The notes beneath the pieces were generated by a model. It made no database searches. It saw nothing but the letters and a program-made list of their open reading frames with translations, and was not told the origin of the DNA. A DNA stretch of 64,000 nt from a virus (taxonomy: Duplodnaviria > Caudoviricetes), in the IMG/VR virus record IMGVR_UViG_3300024346_000003; one strand, given 5' to 3'. Positions 39,496 to 49,898 of the stretch are shown one piece after another. Position numbers and translations under genes: made by a program. Within the stretch, counting starts at the first letter, position 1; each line of letters starts with the position of its first letter.

Positions 39496-40845
39496 TTATC
39501 TTTTTTCGACTCTATTCATCAAATCTTTGATTCTTTGAGTTTCTTTGTCGATATAAGCGGTAGACTCATTTAATTGTTTTGATACACCACTTGTAACATC
39601 TTTATTTAATTTTCTATCGATTGATTCGGTCATTGGTTTTCTAGAAGACAATTCACTAACAATCGTTTTGTATAACCTTTTTGATTCTTTAAGAGTTGAA
39701 ACTTCTTCATCAAATCTTTTTAAGATTACTTGTTTCTCATCTTTAGTTGTAGTTTGTTCCATAAACAACTTAGTTACGTAAGTTAAATTAGAATTGAATA
39801 CAACTGTTTCTGCTAACATAGTTCTGAATTGTTTAAGAGCTTCTTTGTATTCTTCATTTTTACCTCTTAAATCTTTAGTTTCAGCTAACAGATTATTATA
39901 TTTGTTCGCAACTTCATTAATAGACATTGTTGATTTCTTAGACTCTTTTAAGTTATCAGCACCAGCACCTTTAGGTTGACCAATATTAGCTTTACCTGGT
40001 AATCTGTGTGCTTGACCAGAACCAACTGGAATTGATTCTTCCAAAGTTTCTTCTTCTTCAGTTTCTTCTTCTTCTTCAGATTCTGACATAACCATATCAC
40101 CTTCAGCTTTCGCATGAGCCATATCGTCATCAAATCCACCTTCTAAATTATCACCAGCCCAGTTATCGTCATTTTCATTACCCAACGGAGCTTTAATACC
40201 ATCAATGTTTTCCATCTCATCAAGTGCGATTTCATACATAACTTCGTCAACTTCTTCAGTTTCTTCTTCACCACCACCAAATGCATCAGCAGAAAATTCA
40301 TCAGTATCAACATCAGCTGTAAAATCATCAGCATCACCTTCAGGTTCTACTCCAGATTCTTCAGCGCCAGTTTTGATAATAAATTTCCCTGGTTCATTTA
40401 CAGATAGTTTAATGTCTCCTGTTTCATCGTCAACAACAACTTCAATTTCACTATCACCAGTAAGTTCTTTATAAACTCTGATAACAGCATCGTCAGACGC
40501 TCCTGTCATATCAACCGTGTCTCCACCAAGCGGCTCAGCGCTCATACTCATTTCGTCATTACCTTCTAGGTCATCACCTTCTATTGAGTCATCAGTTGTA
40601 ACTACATCATCAGTATCCGTTTCTTCTTCAGTATCTTCTACTTCAGCTCCCACTTCAACGTCATCTGTCGTTTCATCAGCATCTTCTTCATCATAATCTT
40701 TTTCAAAAGATTCTTTCACTAATCCATCAATTTCTTCGATAGCTACACTTCGAAGTATTTCTTTTGTGTTGGCGTTAAGTGCCTCTTGGATTCTTTTCGC
40801 ATCCAATAGAGCGCTTTCAATAATAGATTTATTTTTTTCTGCCAT
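39496..40845 (-). CDS. Prohead scaffolding/core protein
   Basis: Between protease and capsid; very acidic centre with many xxE sites; coiled-coil C-terminus. Confidence 0.8.
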   Translation of the reverse strand: MAEKNKSIIESALLDAKRIQEALNANTKEILRSVAIEEIDGLVKESFEKDYDEEDADETTDDVEVGAEVEDTEEETDTDDVVTTDDSIEGDDLEGNDEMSMSAEPLGGDTVDMTGASDDAVIRVYKELTGDSEIEVVVDDETGDIKLSVNEPGKFIIKTGAEESGVEPEGDADDFTADVDTDEFSADAFGGGEEETEEVDEVMYEIALDEMENIDGIKAPLGNENDDNWAGDNLEGGFDDDMAHAKAEGDMVMSESEEEEETEEEETLEESIPVGSGQAHRLPGKANIGQPKGAGADNLKESKKSTMSINEVANKYNNLLAETKDLRGKNEEYKEALKQFRTMLAETVVFNSNLTYVTKLFMEQTTTKDEKQVILKRFDEEVSTLKESKRLYKTIVSELSSRKPMTESIDRKLNKDVTSGVSKQLNESTAYIDKETQRIKDLMNRVEKR

Positions 40846-40949
40846 TTTTAAATGTTTTTTTAAATATTATTAAAGGGATTTACCCCTCACTTCTTTATAA
40901 ATATGTTTATTTTATCAAAAAGTTAATTTTTGAAAAAATTATTTATTAT

Positions 40950-41648
40950 TTAATCTAATAAAAATTTATTTAATCCATCGATTAATAAATTCTTTTCTAT
41001 TTTAACTGATTCAACGAATGGTTTAGATTCAGCCCTATCTTTAAACATCCAAGAGCCAGGTGTGCTAGGTGCTGTTACAATATCCCAACAAATTATTTCA
41101 AAATCTTCTTGAACAATGTGGTCACCATTAACTTCTCTTAATGAACCAACACCTCTAGATGATACACCAATCATAATATTATTTCTTAAAAGATTTGCAA
41201 CTTCATCACCTTTAGTTGATACAATACCAAGGTTAATATAACCTGGAGTCATTAAGATTTCCATTTTACCCATTAAGGTTTTACCTTCCCACCACGTTTC
41301 AATAATATTATGTGATACTCTATCACCAGCTATAATTGAAGACTCTGGGTGGTCTAATTCACCTATTGCTCTTCTTTCTCTAATTAATTGTTGGTACCTA
41401 TCATTTTCTCTTTTAAGAATTGGTTCTGGATATATCCTACCATTTCTATTTTTAACACTATGTTTTTGTAAGACAACATAAACAACTAGTGGTTCATTGA
41501 TAGTAGGGTGTGAGTCAGAATTCAAACTTTTCATTTCAGTTATAAAAGGTTTGTTTCTAATATCACTAGGCGAAATATAGCCAGCATCAGATTCAACCAT
41601 GAATCCAAAACCAGTCTCACCAGCTTTTAATATTTTAATGTCTGACAT
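40950..41648 (-). CDS. gp21: Prohead maturation protease (T4 gp21-like)
   Basis: NRNGRIYP, GELDHP, RVSH, GVSSRGVGS, WDIVTAPS; start likely ATG 41648. Confidence 0.93.
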   Translation of the reverse strand: MSDIKILKAGETGFGFMVESDAGYISPSDIRNKPFITEMKSLNSDSHPTINEPLVVYVVLQKHSVKNRNGRIYPEPILKRENDRYQQLIRERRAIGELDHPESSIIAGDRVSHNIIETWWEGKTLMGKMEILMTPGYINLGIVSTKGDEVANLLRNNIMIGVSSRGVGSLREVNGDHIVQEDFEIICWDIVTAPSTPGSWMFKDRAESKPFVESVKIEKNLLIDGLNKFLLD

Positions 41649-41682
41649 ATTACTTTTTATTAATAAATATGCCATATAAAAC

Positions 41683-41712
41683 AAAAAACCCCGAACTTAA
41701 TTCGGGGCTTTA
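41683..41712 (-). terminator. Intrinsic terminator
   Basis: CCCCGAA-cttaa-TTCGGGG with A6 on plus strand. Confidence 0.8.
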
Positions 41713-42150
41713 TTATTTTTTAGTTTTATGGAATTCAAAGTATTCCGATTCATCAAAAACACTTTCAATTATATTAGTGATAATTTCACTTATATGTTCT
41801 TTTATTTTTTTATCTTGTATTTTGAAGTTATTTAATTTAAACAATGTAATTTCACAATTCATATAACTTTTCTTGTCAAAGGATATTCCAGAATTTCGCA
41901 TATCTAAATCTACAATTGACCTACCTGATTCAAATAACCCTTTATCCAGATTATCAAATAGTTTTGATTTTATTTGTTTGTTTATTTTTCTGATTACATC
42001 AGAATAATTGATTTCACCATCAACCTTTGGTTTACCCCAAGCAGAAATAGTAATATACATTGCCTTTGGGTTTTTATTATCTATAGTTCCTGTGGTTATT
42101 TTATAATTTTTAAATAATTCTAGTTTCATTTGTTTTCCTGTTTTAAGCAT
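41713..42150 (-). CDS. Hypothetical protein with its own sigma70-like promoter
   Basis: 145 aa; bounded by promoter 42168-42196 and terminator. Confidence 0.75.
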   Translation of the reverse strand: MLKTGKQMKLELFKNYKITTGTIDNKNPKAMYITISAWGKPKVDGEINYSDVIRKINKQIKSKLFDNLDKGLFESGRSIVDLDMRNSGISFDKKSYMNCEITLFKLNNFKIQDKKIKEHISEIITNIIESVFDESEYFEFHKTKK

Positions 42151-42167
42151 ATTTTAAATTTTTAATA

Positions 42168-42196
42168 ATTATACTTAAAATAATCCAATAAGTCAA
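42168..42196 (-). promoter_or_regulatory. Near-consensus sigma70 promoter
   Basis: TTGACT-N17-TATAAT on minus strand. Confidence 0.7.
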
Positions 42197-42588
42197 CCCC
42201 TAGTAACCCTACCAATAAATACTAAACCATTAATTTCTGGGAAATATTTACCCTTCCAAGATACGGATATTAGATTACCATCTTTTTTGTATAAAGTTGA
42301 TTTAAACCCATCAAAATATTGACCACCTTTTTTAATAGTATCTATATGATTCATAACTGATGTTAATTCGTGTTTTGGTACTATATTCTCCCATCCTTTA
42401 TCAACGCAACTATATTCCATAATACCTGTTAGAAGCTCCCAATCACCATTTACAGCAATAAACTTATCCGTAGTGGATGATTGGATTAATCTAATAACAT
42501 AATCATTATGTCTTTCTGATAGTTTCTCAACTAATTCTAGTTGTTTTAATTCTAGTTTTGCAACTGTAATCTGTAACTGATTATTCAT
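42193..42588 (-). CDS. Stand-alone PAS-domain protein with N-terminal helix
   Basis: FIAVNGDWELLTG..GWENIV..FKSTLYKKDGNLISVSW..LVFIGR; start likely ATG 42588. Confidence 0.7.
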   Translation of the reverse strand: MNNQLQITVAKLELKQLELVEKLSERHNDYVIRLIQSSTTDKFIAVNGDWELLTGIMEYSCVDKGWENIVPKHELTSVMNHIDTIKKGGQYFDGFKSTLYKKDGNLISVSWKGKYFPEINGLVFIGRVTRG

Positions 42589-42598
42589 AACTATAATA

Positions 42599-42907
42599 TT
42601 ATTTAATATCTTTATTATTACATTTAGATGATAGCATTGAAATGCTATCATCAATATGTTTTATTATGGTTTCAATTACTTCTTGATTTTTATTATCATT
42701 TGTTTTAATGACATCTTGTAAACCTTTTGATGCATCATTTAGTAACGGTAACATCTCTTTCAATTCTTTTATTCTATTCTCTTGCTCAAGTTCTAACTTA
42801 TTAATTATTCCCTTTTTCTCAAGTTGAATACTTTGAAGCCAAAGCCACATAACATAAAATGTGACACCAGCGCTACCAAATATTTGTACTAGTGAATTAA
42901 TTTCCAT
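42599..42907 (-). CDS. Single-TM coiled-coil membrane protein (BhlA/holin-like topology)
   Basis: Hydrophobic LVQIFGSAGVTFYVMWLWL then charged heptads. Confidence 0.5.
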   Translation of the reverse strand: MEINSLVQIFGSAGVTFYVMWLWLQSIQLEKKGIINKLELEQENRIKELKEMLPLLNDASKGLQDVIKTNDNKNQEVIETIIKHIDDSISMLSSKCNNKDIK

Positions 42908-42909
42908 TT

Positions 42910-43686
42910 TTAATTTTGGGTTAGATTGTTTTTTAATTCTATAATTTTTGAAACATCTGAAATAAAAGTTTCTTTATTATAGTTTCTATTTAAAAGATTT
43001 TCTTTAGTTGCTAATAACTTTTCTTTAATATCACCAGATGACTCTGTTAATTTGTTATTAATAATTTCTAAACACTCTTTTATTGATGATTTATATAACA
43101 CTTCTTTTTCAGATTCATTAACACCCATAATAACTGAAACCACCTTCATTTCCGATTCAGTTAAATCAGAATATTGTTCATTAAATTTCTCAACCGCAAT
43201 TTCTGAAATAATACTATTAGGCAAACCATTCCATTCGTTAACTTCTGCTTTTTTATTGTTTAGTATATAATCAACGATTCCACTTTTTGCATTAACAATT
43301 TTATCGATATTCGTTGATGATTTCTTAGTGAAAATTAATGTATTAATATCTTCATATAATTTTGACTTAGCATCATCCAGCGTAATTTTAATAGTACCAA
43401 AGATTTTGTTTTCAGTTAATTTTAAATTAACGTCTTTAATTTCTTTTTTTGAAAAACCATCCAATAATGAAATACATTCATTAACGAATTCTGAAGCTTT
43501 AAATTTATCAGACTCAATTTTGTTCTCAATAGAATAATAAACATCGAATTGAGTTTTCAATGCTTTGTTTTCTTTTATTGTTCTAATATAATTCTTAAAT
43601 GCTACTTTACCATCACTAGTTTTTTTAGCAATACCTTCAGCTAATAGAATATTGTATGTTGATTTTATCGTACCAAAATTATTCAT
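42910..43686 (-). CDS. Head-module hypothetical protein
   Basis: 258 aa directly after portal; ATATTTAT at 43701. Confidence 0.7.
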   Translation of the reverse strand: MNNFGTIKSTYNILLAEGIAKKTSDGKVAFKNYIRTIKENKALKTQFDVYYSIENKIESDKFKASEFVNECISLLDGFSKKEIKDVNLKLTENKIFGTIKITLDDAKSKLYEDINTLIFTKKSSTNIDKIVNAKSGIVDYILNNKKAEVNEWNGLPNSIISEIAVEKFNEQYSDLTESEMKVVSVIMGVNESEKEVLYKSSIKECLEIINNKLTESSGDIKEKLLATKENLLNRNYNKETFISDVSKIIELKNNLTQN

Positions 43687-43729
43687 AATTCTTTTTTATT
43701 ATAAATATGGTAAAATAGTTTAAAAAATT

Positions 43730-45757
43730 CTATTCTTCCAACATTCTATCAATGTCTTTAATCACATTATTTATATCTTCGTTTATTCTTAAGCTTTTAT
43801 CATAAACTTTAACCCTCTCATTTAATATAACATCATCTTCCACTTTACTTATTGAATTGACTAGATTATTAAAAAGTTTAGTATTTTGTTTTTTATTTTT
43901 AGGTTTAATTTTACCATTATCATCATGCTCGATGATTAAATTACCTTTATTTTTAATAGATTCGGCTGCTGGTTCTGGTGCTTCAACTGCATCTTCAGCT
44001 GGCACTTCTTCCGCTGGCGCTTCTTCACCACCTTCAGCTGGCGCTTCTTCACCTTCAGCTGGCACTTCTTCATCACCAAAATCTAATGCACCGCCACCGA
44101 AGCCGCCGCCACCGCCTCCACCACCAGTAGGTCCACCTTCAGATTCTTCACCACCTTCACCACCTTCACCACCAGATAATGCAGCATCCATATCACCATA
44201 TATAGAATCAACCTTATCAAACATACCTGTATGCTTAATAACTTGACCAGTATTCTCAAGTTCAGCAGCAGCCGCTTTTTCTATTCTTTGCTCAAGTAAA
44301 TCTTGTTTGATTTCATCATCACTCCAACCTAATATTTCTCTATGAGCTCTTGTCATAGACATTGGGGCAAATCCATTACCAGCATCAGACACTGCATCCT
44401 TATATAATGTCATCTTCAACTGTAATTGTTCAATCTTAAGTATTTCAGCTTGAGTTGATGGGTTATTAAGTGTAAGTGTAAAATTATCTAAATCATCCTC
44501 AAAACCTAAAAGGTATAAATGTATTATTGCAATTTTATTTAATTCAGCTAACATCGCTTGTTGGATTCTATTTATTGTTCTAGAAAATCTAACGTCTTGT
44601 AATGATAAATTTTTACCTTCACCTTGAGCTTCATCAAAGTTTAAGAATTGTTTAGGAACTCTTAACGCTGTAAATAATTTTCTTTGTAAATATTGAATAT
44701 CTGCAATTTGGTCTAAGTTTGCCGCACCAGCTAATGTATCAATTGGATTTGGGGCATTCTCATCTCTAACAGGAATAAAGTAATCCTGGTCATTTGCTAA
44801 TGTATTGTATCTTAAATCCACTTGACCTGTTTGTGGGTCAACAATTGGAGTTCTTTTAAATCTATTAGCAATTTCATCAACGTATGCTGGTACATCTTCT
44901 TCATCAATATTACCAACAAATATTTTATATACTCTTCTTTCTGGTGCTCTCGTTACACGATAAACAAGCATCGCATCTTCAGATAATTGTAATTGTTTCC
45001 AGATTCTTCTCGCTTTTTCTAGCATTGAAGTACCATATGGTAATCGTCTATCATCACCTAATAATCTAAAGTGAGCAATTTGCCATGAATTAAATTCAAT
45101 ATCTCTACCTCTCCAGAAGAATTTAATCTTACCAGAAGTATCCTTTGTATCCTCAACATTGATTCTGTTTCTACCACTAATCATTGCTTCGATAATATCA
45201 CCTTCTCTTCTTTCAAGCTCAAAATTAGGTAATTGTCTAGCACTAGTGATACCATAGTTATCATCTATATTTAATAATACAAAATTATCACCGTATTTAC
45301 ATGTATTTCTAGTCCACATCGGTAATGATACGTGAATATCTAATCTATTGAAAAATAAATCTTCTAATACACCTTTAATTCTATCACTATCTGAATAAAC
45401 ATTTAATATCTTACCCTTATCATTTACGGTTGTTGATTCTTCCATAAAAATATCTAAAGATGCAGCTATTTCTGGGTAAAATTCCATACTTTCAAAGTCA
45501 GTATATGAACCAATTCTTGTTGTTTCATAATGGATTGATTGTTGAAATAATTCACCATCAACTTTTCTCCAAACATTTCTTAAATATTTGTTTTGTTGAC
45601 CCTGTAATTTAACAGCATCAAAATCTTCCTTTGATTGAGTCTTAATTAAAACATCATTATTAATTGAATATTTATTAGATTGTGTTTGAGCCTGTGGTCT
45701 AACACCCTCTGGTCCAAATATCGCATTCAATCTTTGAAATACAGTCCTTTTTGCCAT
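43730..45757 (-). CDS. gp20: Portal protein (T4 gp20-like)
   Basis: MEFYPEIAASLDI, LEKARRIWKQL, EDAMLVYRVTRAPERRVYKI, IDTLAG..IADIQY..RVP. Confidence 0.95.
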   Translation of the reverse strand: MAKRTVFQRLNAIFGPEGVRPQAQTQSNKYSINNDVLIKTQSKEDFDAVKLQGQQNKYLRNVWRKVDGELFQQSIHYETTRIGSYTDFESMEFYPEIAASLDIFMEESTTVNDKGKILNVYSDSDRIKGVLEDLFFNRLDIHVSLPMWTRNTCKYGDNFVLLNIDDNYGITSARQLPNFELERREGDIIEAMISGRNRINVEDTKDTSGKIKFFWRGRDIEFNSWQIAHFRLLGDDRRLPYGTSMLEKARRIWKQLQLSEDAMLVYRVTRAPERRVYKIFVGNIDEEDVPAYVDEIANRFKRTPIVDPQTGQVDLRYNTLANDQDYFIPVRDENAPNPIDTLAGAANLDQIADIQYLQRKLFTALRVPKQFLNFDEAQGEGKNLSLQDVRFSRTINRIQQAMLAELNKIAIIHLYLLGFEDDLDNFTLTLNNPSTQAEILKIEQLQLKMTLYKDAVSDAGNGFAPMSMTRAHREILGWSDDEIKQDLLEQRIEKAAAAELENTGQVIKHTGMFDKVDSIYGDMDAALSGGEGGEGGEESEGGPTGGGGGGGGFGGGALDFGDEEVPAEGEEAPAEGGEEAPAEEVPAEDAVEAPEPAAESIKNKGNLIIEHDDNGKIKPKNKKQNTKLFNNLVNSISKVEDDVILNERVKVYDKSLRINEDINNVIKDIDRMLEE

Positions 45758-45807
45758 AATTTTTTTTATTTACTTAATTATAATGAAATAAGATTTAAAT
45801 TAAATAC

Positions 45808-46074
45808 TTATTGCACATAATTACACTCTACATAAGCTAGATGTTGTAATATACCATTTACAACAATCATCTCATATACATATCCTGTTATATTATCAAT
45901 CCCTTGCGAACCCTTTTTAGCATCACAAAAGACTTTAGGTCCAATACCTTTACCTAGATTCATTGAAGATTGTTTATCGATACTATCATCAACACACCAA
46001 GTATATAATTGGGTCACATTCTTACCAACATTGGTATTTCTAGTAAAACACTTTCTATCTCTAACTCTAGCCAT
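45808..46074 (-). CDS. Small Cys-containing protein between terminase and portal
   Basis: 88 aa, four Cys. Confidence 0.65.
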   Translation of the reverse strand: MARVRDRKCFTRNTNVGKNVTQLYTWCVDDSIDKQSSMNLGKGIGPKVFCDAKKGSQGIDNITGYVYEMIVVNGILQHLAYVECNYVQ

Positions 46075-46086
46075 TTTTTTATATTT

Positions 46087-47841
46087 TTATTTTAATCCAC
46101 TGAATAACCATAAATATTCACCCTTTGGGTCTTGCATATTTTTTGCAACCTGGGTGTTAAAATTTGGTTTACCAGTATTTGTTTTATTTCTTTGATTTTT
46201 AGGAACAAACCCTGTATTATATGTATCATCAGTAGCTTTATTAGAACCACCAACTTGCCAAGCTGATAATATCGCTTTAGTTTGTTTCTCAAGCTTCTTT
46301 AATTTCTTAAATGATGATTCCAATATCCATAAAGCCATACCTAATGATAGTAAACAATCATCATGATACCCTTCCATGTGGTCAGGTCTACCATTTTTAT
46401 AGATAAATGTCTTCATTTCATTTATAACACGCTTAGATTTAATCTTTATAGTGTTAGTTCTAACTGCAATCTCCAAATGTGATATTAATTGAAGTCTAAC
46501 ACCATTGATATTAAATCCAGCTACCTTTTTACCATTTTCTGTTTTAATTGAATCGTAATGTAAGTTAGGATATTTTAATTCCACAAGTTTTGATGTAGTA
46601 GTATTACCAACACCAACATTATCAACAACCAAATAAGCACTATACTTAGTACCATATACATTAAGTATTTCAGCAAATGTATCTGGTGGTACTTTACCCT
46701 GGAATTCAGCAACCTGTTCCATTGTCGTAAAATCAATGATTTGGAAACATGAAAAGTCAGCCCCATCACCACGAGCAACATCGGCTGCTAATATGTATTG
46801 ATGTTCAGCCTCAGGTTCATTCCAAATCCAAACTAAACCACTATTACCATCATAATACGTATCATCAATATATTTAGGTTTTTCAACATTCTGAGTATCA
46901 TGCATATTGATATACTCATCATCTATTACGTTACCCCCAGAACCTAGGAATGATACGTCAAGCTCTTGTGCAATTTTCTTCTTATCATTGTTCATCCCCT
47001 TACACATATCACGATACCAAGTGGAAGTAGGTTTATAACCTTTCTTAACCATTTCTTCAAATGAATCTAAAGTGAATTCAACTTCAGTAATAATTTCATC
47101 AGCTTTTAACCACTGTAAATCTTTATTATATCTAGGGTCTTGATACCATTTTAATTCAATAACATTGTAGTCATTATCACCCTTCTCAGATTGTTCGTAT
47201 GTTTTATAATACAATGGGTCATAACCATTAGGTGTTGAAATTAATATTGCACCACCCCCAGTACCTAATGATGTAATTGCCGCAGAATATAATTCAGCAC
47301 CATTTACAATAAAGGCTGCCTCATCAAAAATAAGTAATGTTGGGGTATATCCACGAAGTGCATCTGTTGATGTTGCTACCGCAATGATTTTACTACCATT
47401 AGGTAACTCAATCTCAATTTGGGAATCTTTTATAAATATAGATTTCTTTTCTTTCTCATCAGTACCATAGTAGTCTGGACCCCAAACCCATCTAGGTAAT
47501 TGTGAACAATAATCTTTAATACCTTTAGTAAATTTTTTAGCTAAATTTAATTTATTGGCAATTACAATTATAGTTTCTGGATTTTTAGAATCAGCAAATG
47601 CACATTTAATTGCACTATATGCTTGTGTTGTCGTTGAGATACCAGCCTGTCTAGGTTTTGTTACGATATTAAAACGATATTTTTGATAACAATCTACTAT
47701 ATATTGTTGTCTAATGAATAAGTTGAATGGAACAAACCCTTCTTGAGTTTTATCAAATGTTGATAAATACGTTCCTATTGCGTATTTTGGGTCAATCACA
47801 CATTTTGCATATTCATTTAATATTTCACCGCTTGTTAGCAT
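46087..47841 (-). CDS. gp17: Terminase large subunit (T4 gp17-like)
   Basis: KPRQAGIST, LIFDEAAF, ISTPNG, AADVARGDGADFS, HDDCLLS. Confidence 0.93.
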   Translation of the reverse strand: MLTSGEILNEYAKCVIDPKYAIGTYLSTFDKTQEGFVPFNLFIRQQYIVDCYQKYRFNIVTKPRQAGISTTTQAYSAIKCAFADSKNPETIIVIANKLNLAKKFTKGIKDYCSQLPRWVWGPDYYGTDEKEKKSIFIKDSQIEIELPNGSKIIAVATSTDALRGYTPTLLIFDEAAFIVNGAELYSAAITSLGTGGGAILISTPNGYDPLYYKTYEQSEKGDNDYNVIELKWYQDPRYNKDLQWLKADEIITEVEFTLDSFEEMVKKGYKPTSTWYRDMCKGMNNDKKKIAQELDVSFLGSGGNVIDDEYINMHDTQNVEKPKYIDDTYYDGNSGLVWIWNEPEAEHQYILAADVARGDGADFSCFQIIDFTTMEQVAEFQGKVPPDTFAEILNVYGTKYSAYLVVDNVGVGNTTTSKLVELKYPNLHYDSIKTENGKKVAGFNINGVRLQLISHLEIAVRTNTIKIKSKRVINEMKTFIYKNGRPDHMEGYHDDCLLSLGMALWILESSFKKLKKLEKQTKAILSAWQVGGSNKATDDTYNTGFVPKNQRNKTNTGKPNFNTQVAKNMQDPKGEYLWLFSGLK

Positions 47842-47879
47842 AGGTTTTTATTAATAAATATGTGAAAACACGCAAAAAC

Positions 47880-47907
47880 AAAAAAGGATGACTTTCGCCA
47901 CCCTTTT
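47880..47907 (-). terminator. Intrinsic terminator
   Basis: minus strand GGGTGG-cgaaag-TCATCC then T-tract. Confidence 0.7.
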
Positions 47908-47912
47908 ATAAA

Positions 47913-49052
47913 TTAGAATAAATCCTCTATCTCAAATAAATCATCACCCATTGATTCATTATATTCATCTTCTTTTATTTCTCGTTTTATTTCATTTAAT
48001 AATTCTGAAATAATTTCTTTACCTCTTTTAGTACCCCCTAGTATCTCTCTCATCGTATGAGCATATTCCTTAGGTTCCAATTGTGAAATATCAGCATATA
48101 CATGATGCTTTAAATTAAAATCACCAGCTGGTATCATAGCACAGAATTTACCCCATAAACCAGGACCAATTCTCATATCCCATGGTTCAGCTTGTACAAA
48201 ATCTGATTTGTTAATAACATACTCAGCTATATTTTTTTTATTTGGTAAACCAGGTGCTGATAGAATTTCCATACAACCTTTAACCAATTCATGTATTAAT
48301 ACTGGGAAAACCATTGCTTTAGCATTTAATGTTGTTGGTTTGTTTTTTTCTTTTGAACCAAACTCAACTTCACATTTACCAGCATTTGTTGAACTCTCTA
48401 AAGTTGGCTGCAAATAATACATGTAATCAGCGGCAGTCATCATTTTTTTATAATTGTTAATCAATTTAGGATTCATATTAGTTAATTCAGCATCAGCTAA
48501 ATGATACATATGATTAACTTTTTTTGCAGCACCTTGATTCATTGCATTTACAAATCTTCTTTTATATACACTATCATTTGCATACTCCATTTCATCGTGG
48601 TCATCAAATTCAGTGATGGTTTCTTGGTCAGGTACTAAATTTGTACCATTTAAATCAATATAAGGTGTTAATTCAGCATTTATAATAACTTCTTCTGGTA
48701 TATCGAATTCTTCTCTAACCATTTTAACAGCTAATTCTACTAATTCTTTTTTGTGTTTTTCTTCTAAAGACATTGTATCATTAACTAAAGGCATCATTTC
48801 CATCATTAAAGACATATTATCTATCTCCTCAACATTAAATGCTTTTTTAACTTCATTAACAACATCTTTAAATCTTTCACCAACAATTGCTGTTGCAAAA
48901 TTTCGTTCATTACCAACTGGAAAACAAGGACTTTCACCTAAAGAAGTTTTATTACTTAATAAATCTTCCTCAAGTTTTGGGTGCATTCTTTCTTTTAAAT
49001 CTTTTGGGTAAATAAGACTTTCAGCTAATATGTTTTTAGTTCTTCTACTCAT
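47913..49052 (-). CDS. Hypothetical late protein
   Basis: 379 aa; MSRRTKNILAES leader. Confidence 0.75.
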   Translation of the reverse strand: MSRRTKNILAESLIYPKDLKERMHPKLEEDLLSNKTSLGESPCFPVGNERNFATAIVGERFKDVVNEVKKAFNVEEIDNMSLMMEMMPLVNDTMSLEEKHKKELVELAVKMVREEFDIPEEVIINAELTPYIDLNGTNLVPDQETITEFDDHDEMEYANDSVYKRRFVNAMNQGAAKKVNHMYHLADAELTNMNPKLINNYKKMMTAADYMYYLQPTLESSTNAGKCEVEFGSKEKNKPTTLNAKAMVFPVLIHELVKGCMEILSAPGLPNKKNIAEYVINKSDFVQAEPWDMRIGPGLWGKFCAMIPAGDFNLKHHVYADISQLEPKEYAHTMREILGGTKRGKEIISELLNEIKREIKEDEYNESMGDDLFEIEDLF

Positions 49053-49498
49053 TATTTTAAATCTTTAACTTTTATTGTTTTTATAACTTTTCTTTTATTT
49101 TTTACAGATTCATCTATAGAACCTAATTTAGACATATAATCTTGACCTTCAGGTGAATTTAACCAGTCATTATAGTCTTCTCTATTTCTATCATCTCTAT
49201 CCGCAAGATTCTCAATATCTGAAGGACCTAAATCACCAAAATCTTCACCAGTTCCAGGATGATTATTTTCACTCACACCATCACCCTTTATAAATGTACC
49301 CATTGGTCCGTCTATAATATCTTTATTTGTTTTAGCCACTTTCTTATCCAAATCCTCAAGTGCTTTTTTAGATTTTTCAATATCTTCAGGCTTTATTAAT
49401 TTTGATTTATCATTTTGTTGGTTAACATCAGTTGTATTGCTAGTATTTACAACAGCATTTGCAGCTGCTTCAAGTATACTTATTTTTTTAATTCTCAT
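49052..49498 (-). CDS. Hypothetical acidic protein
   Basis: 148 aa; MRIKKISILEA leader. Confidence 0.7.
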   Translation of the reverse strand: MRIKKISILEAAANAVVNTSNTTDVNQQNDKSKLIKPEDIEKSKKALEDLDKKVAKTNKDIIDGPMGTFIKGDGVSENNHPGTGEDFGDLGPSDIENLADRDDRNREDYNDWLNSPEGQDYMSKLGSIDESVKNKRKVIKTIKVKDLK

Positions 49499-49499
49499 A

Positions 49500-49898
49500 T
49501 TACTTAACTTTTTTTTCTTTGTTATATTCTAAAACTAAATCACGTTCATAAAGTTTATCATTAACTTCAGCTATGTCTAAACCAAATGAGAACCAAAGTC
49601 TAGATTCTGGATATTCTTCATAACCATCAATATCTTCCCAAGCCAATGCAACAATTTTATCAACCGCATCCCAAACAGCAAACGTATCACTATCTTGAAC
49701 TAAATTGAATTTTATATCGGTACTTAATTTACCAACTGATTTAACAAATTCAGAATGTGGTGGCTCTGGTCTACCAGAAGCTGGAACCGCATCCCAATTA
49801 TCACCATCAACATTATCAATATCAGATGAGAAGAGAAATTCATAAATGAAATCACCTTCCCAACCTTTACCAACTTTATTTATGTAAATTAATTTCAT
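49500..49898 (-). CDS. Hypothetical protein
   Basis: 132 aa in late operon. Confidence 0.75.
   Translation of the reverse strand: MKLIYINKVGKGWEGDFIYEFLFSSDIDNVDGDNWDAVPASGRPEPPHSEFVKSVGKLSTDIKFNLVQDSDTFAVWDAVDKIVALAWEDIDGYEEYPESRLWFSFGLDIAEVNDKLYERDLVLEYNKEKKVK

Noticed and set aside
43980-44180. GC-rich repeats (ccttcagctggc, ccgccaccg) as an inserted element
   Set aside because: They encode the Gly/Glu/Ala/Pro low-complexity tail of the portal, in frame.
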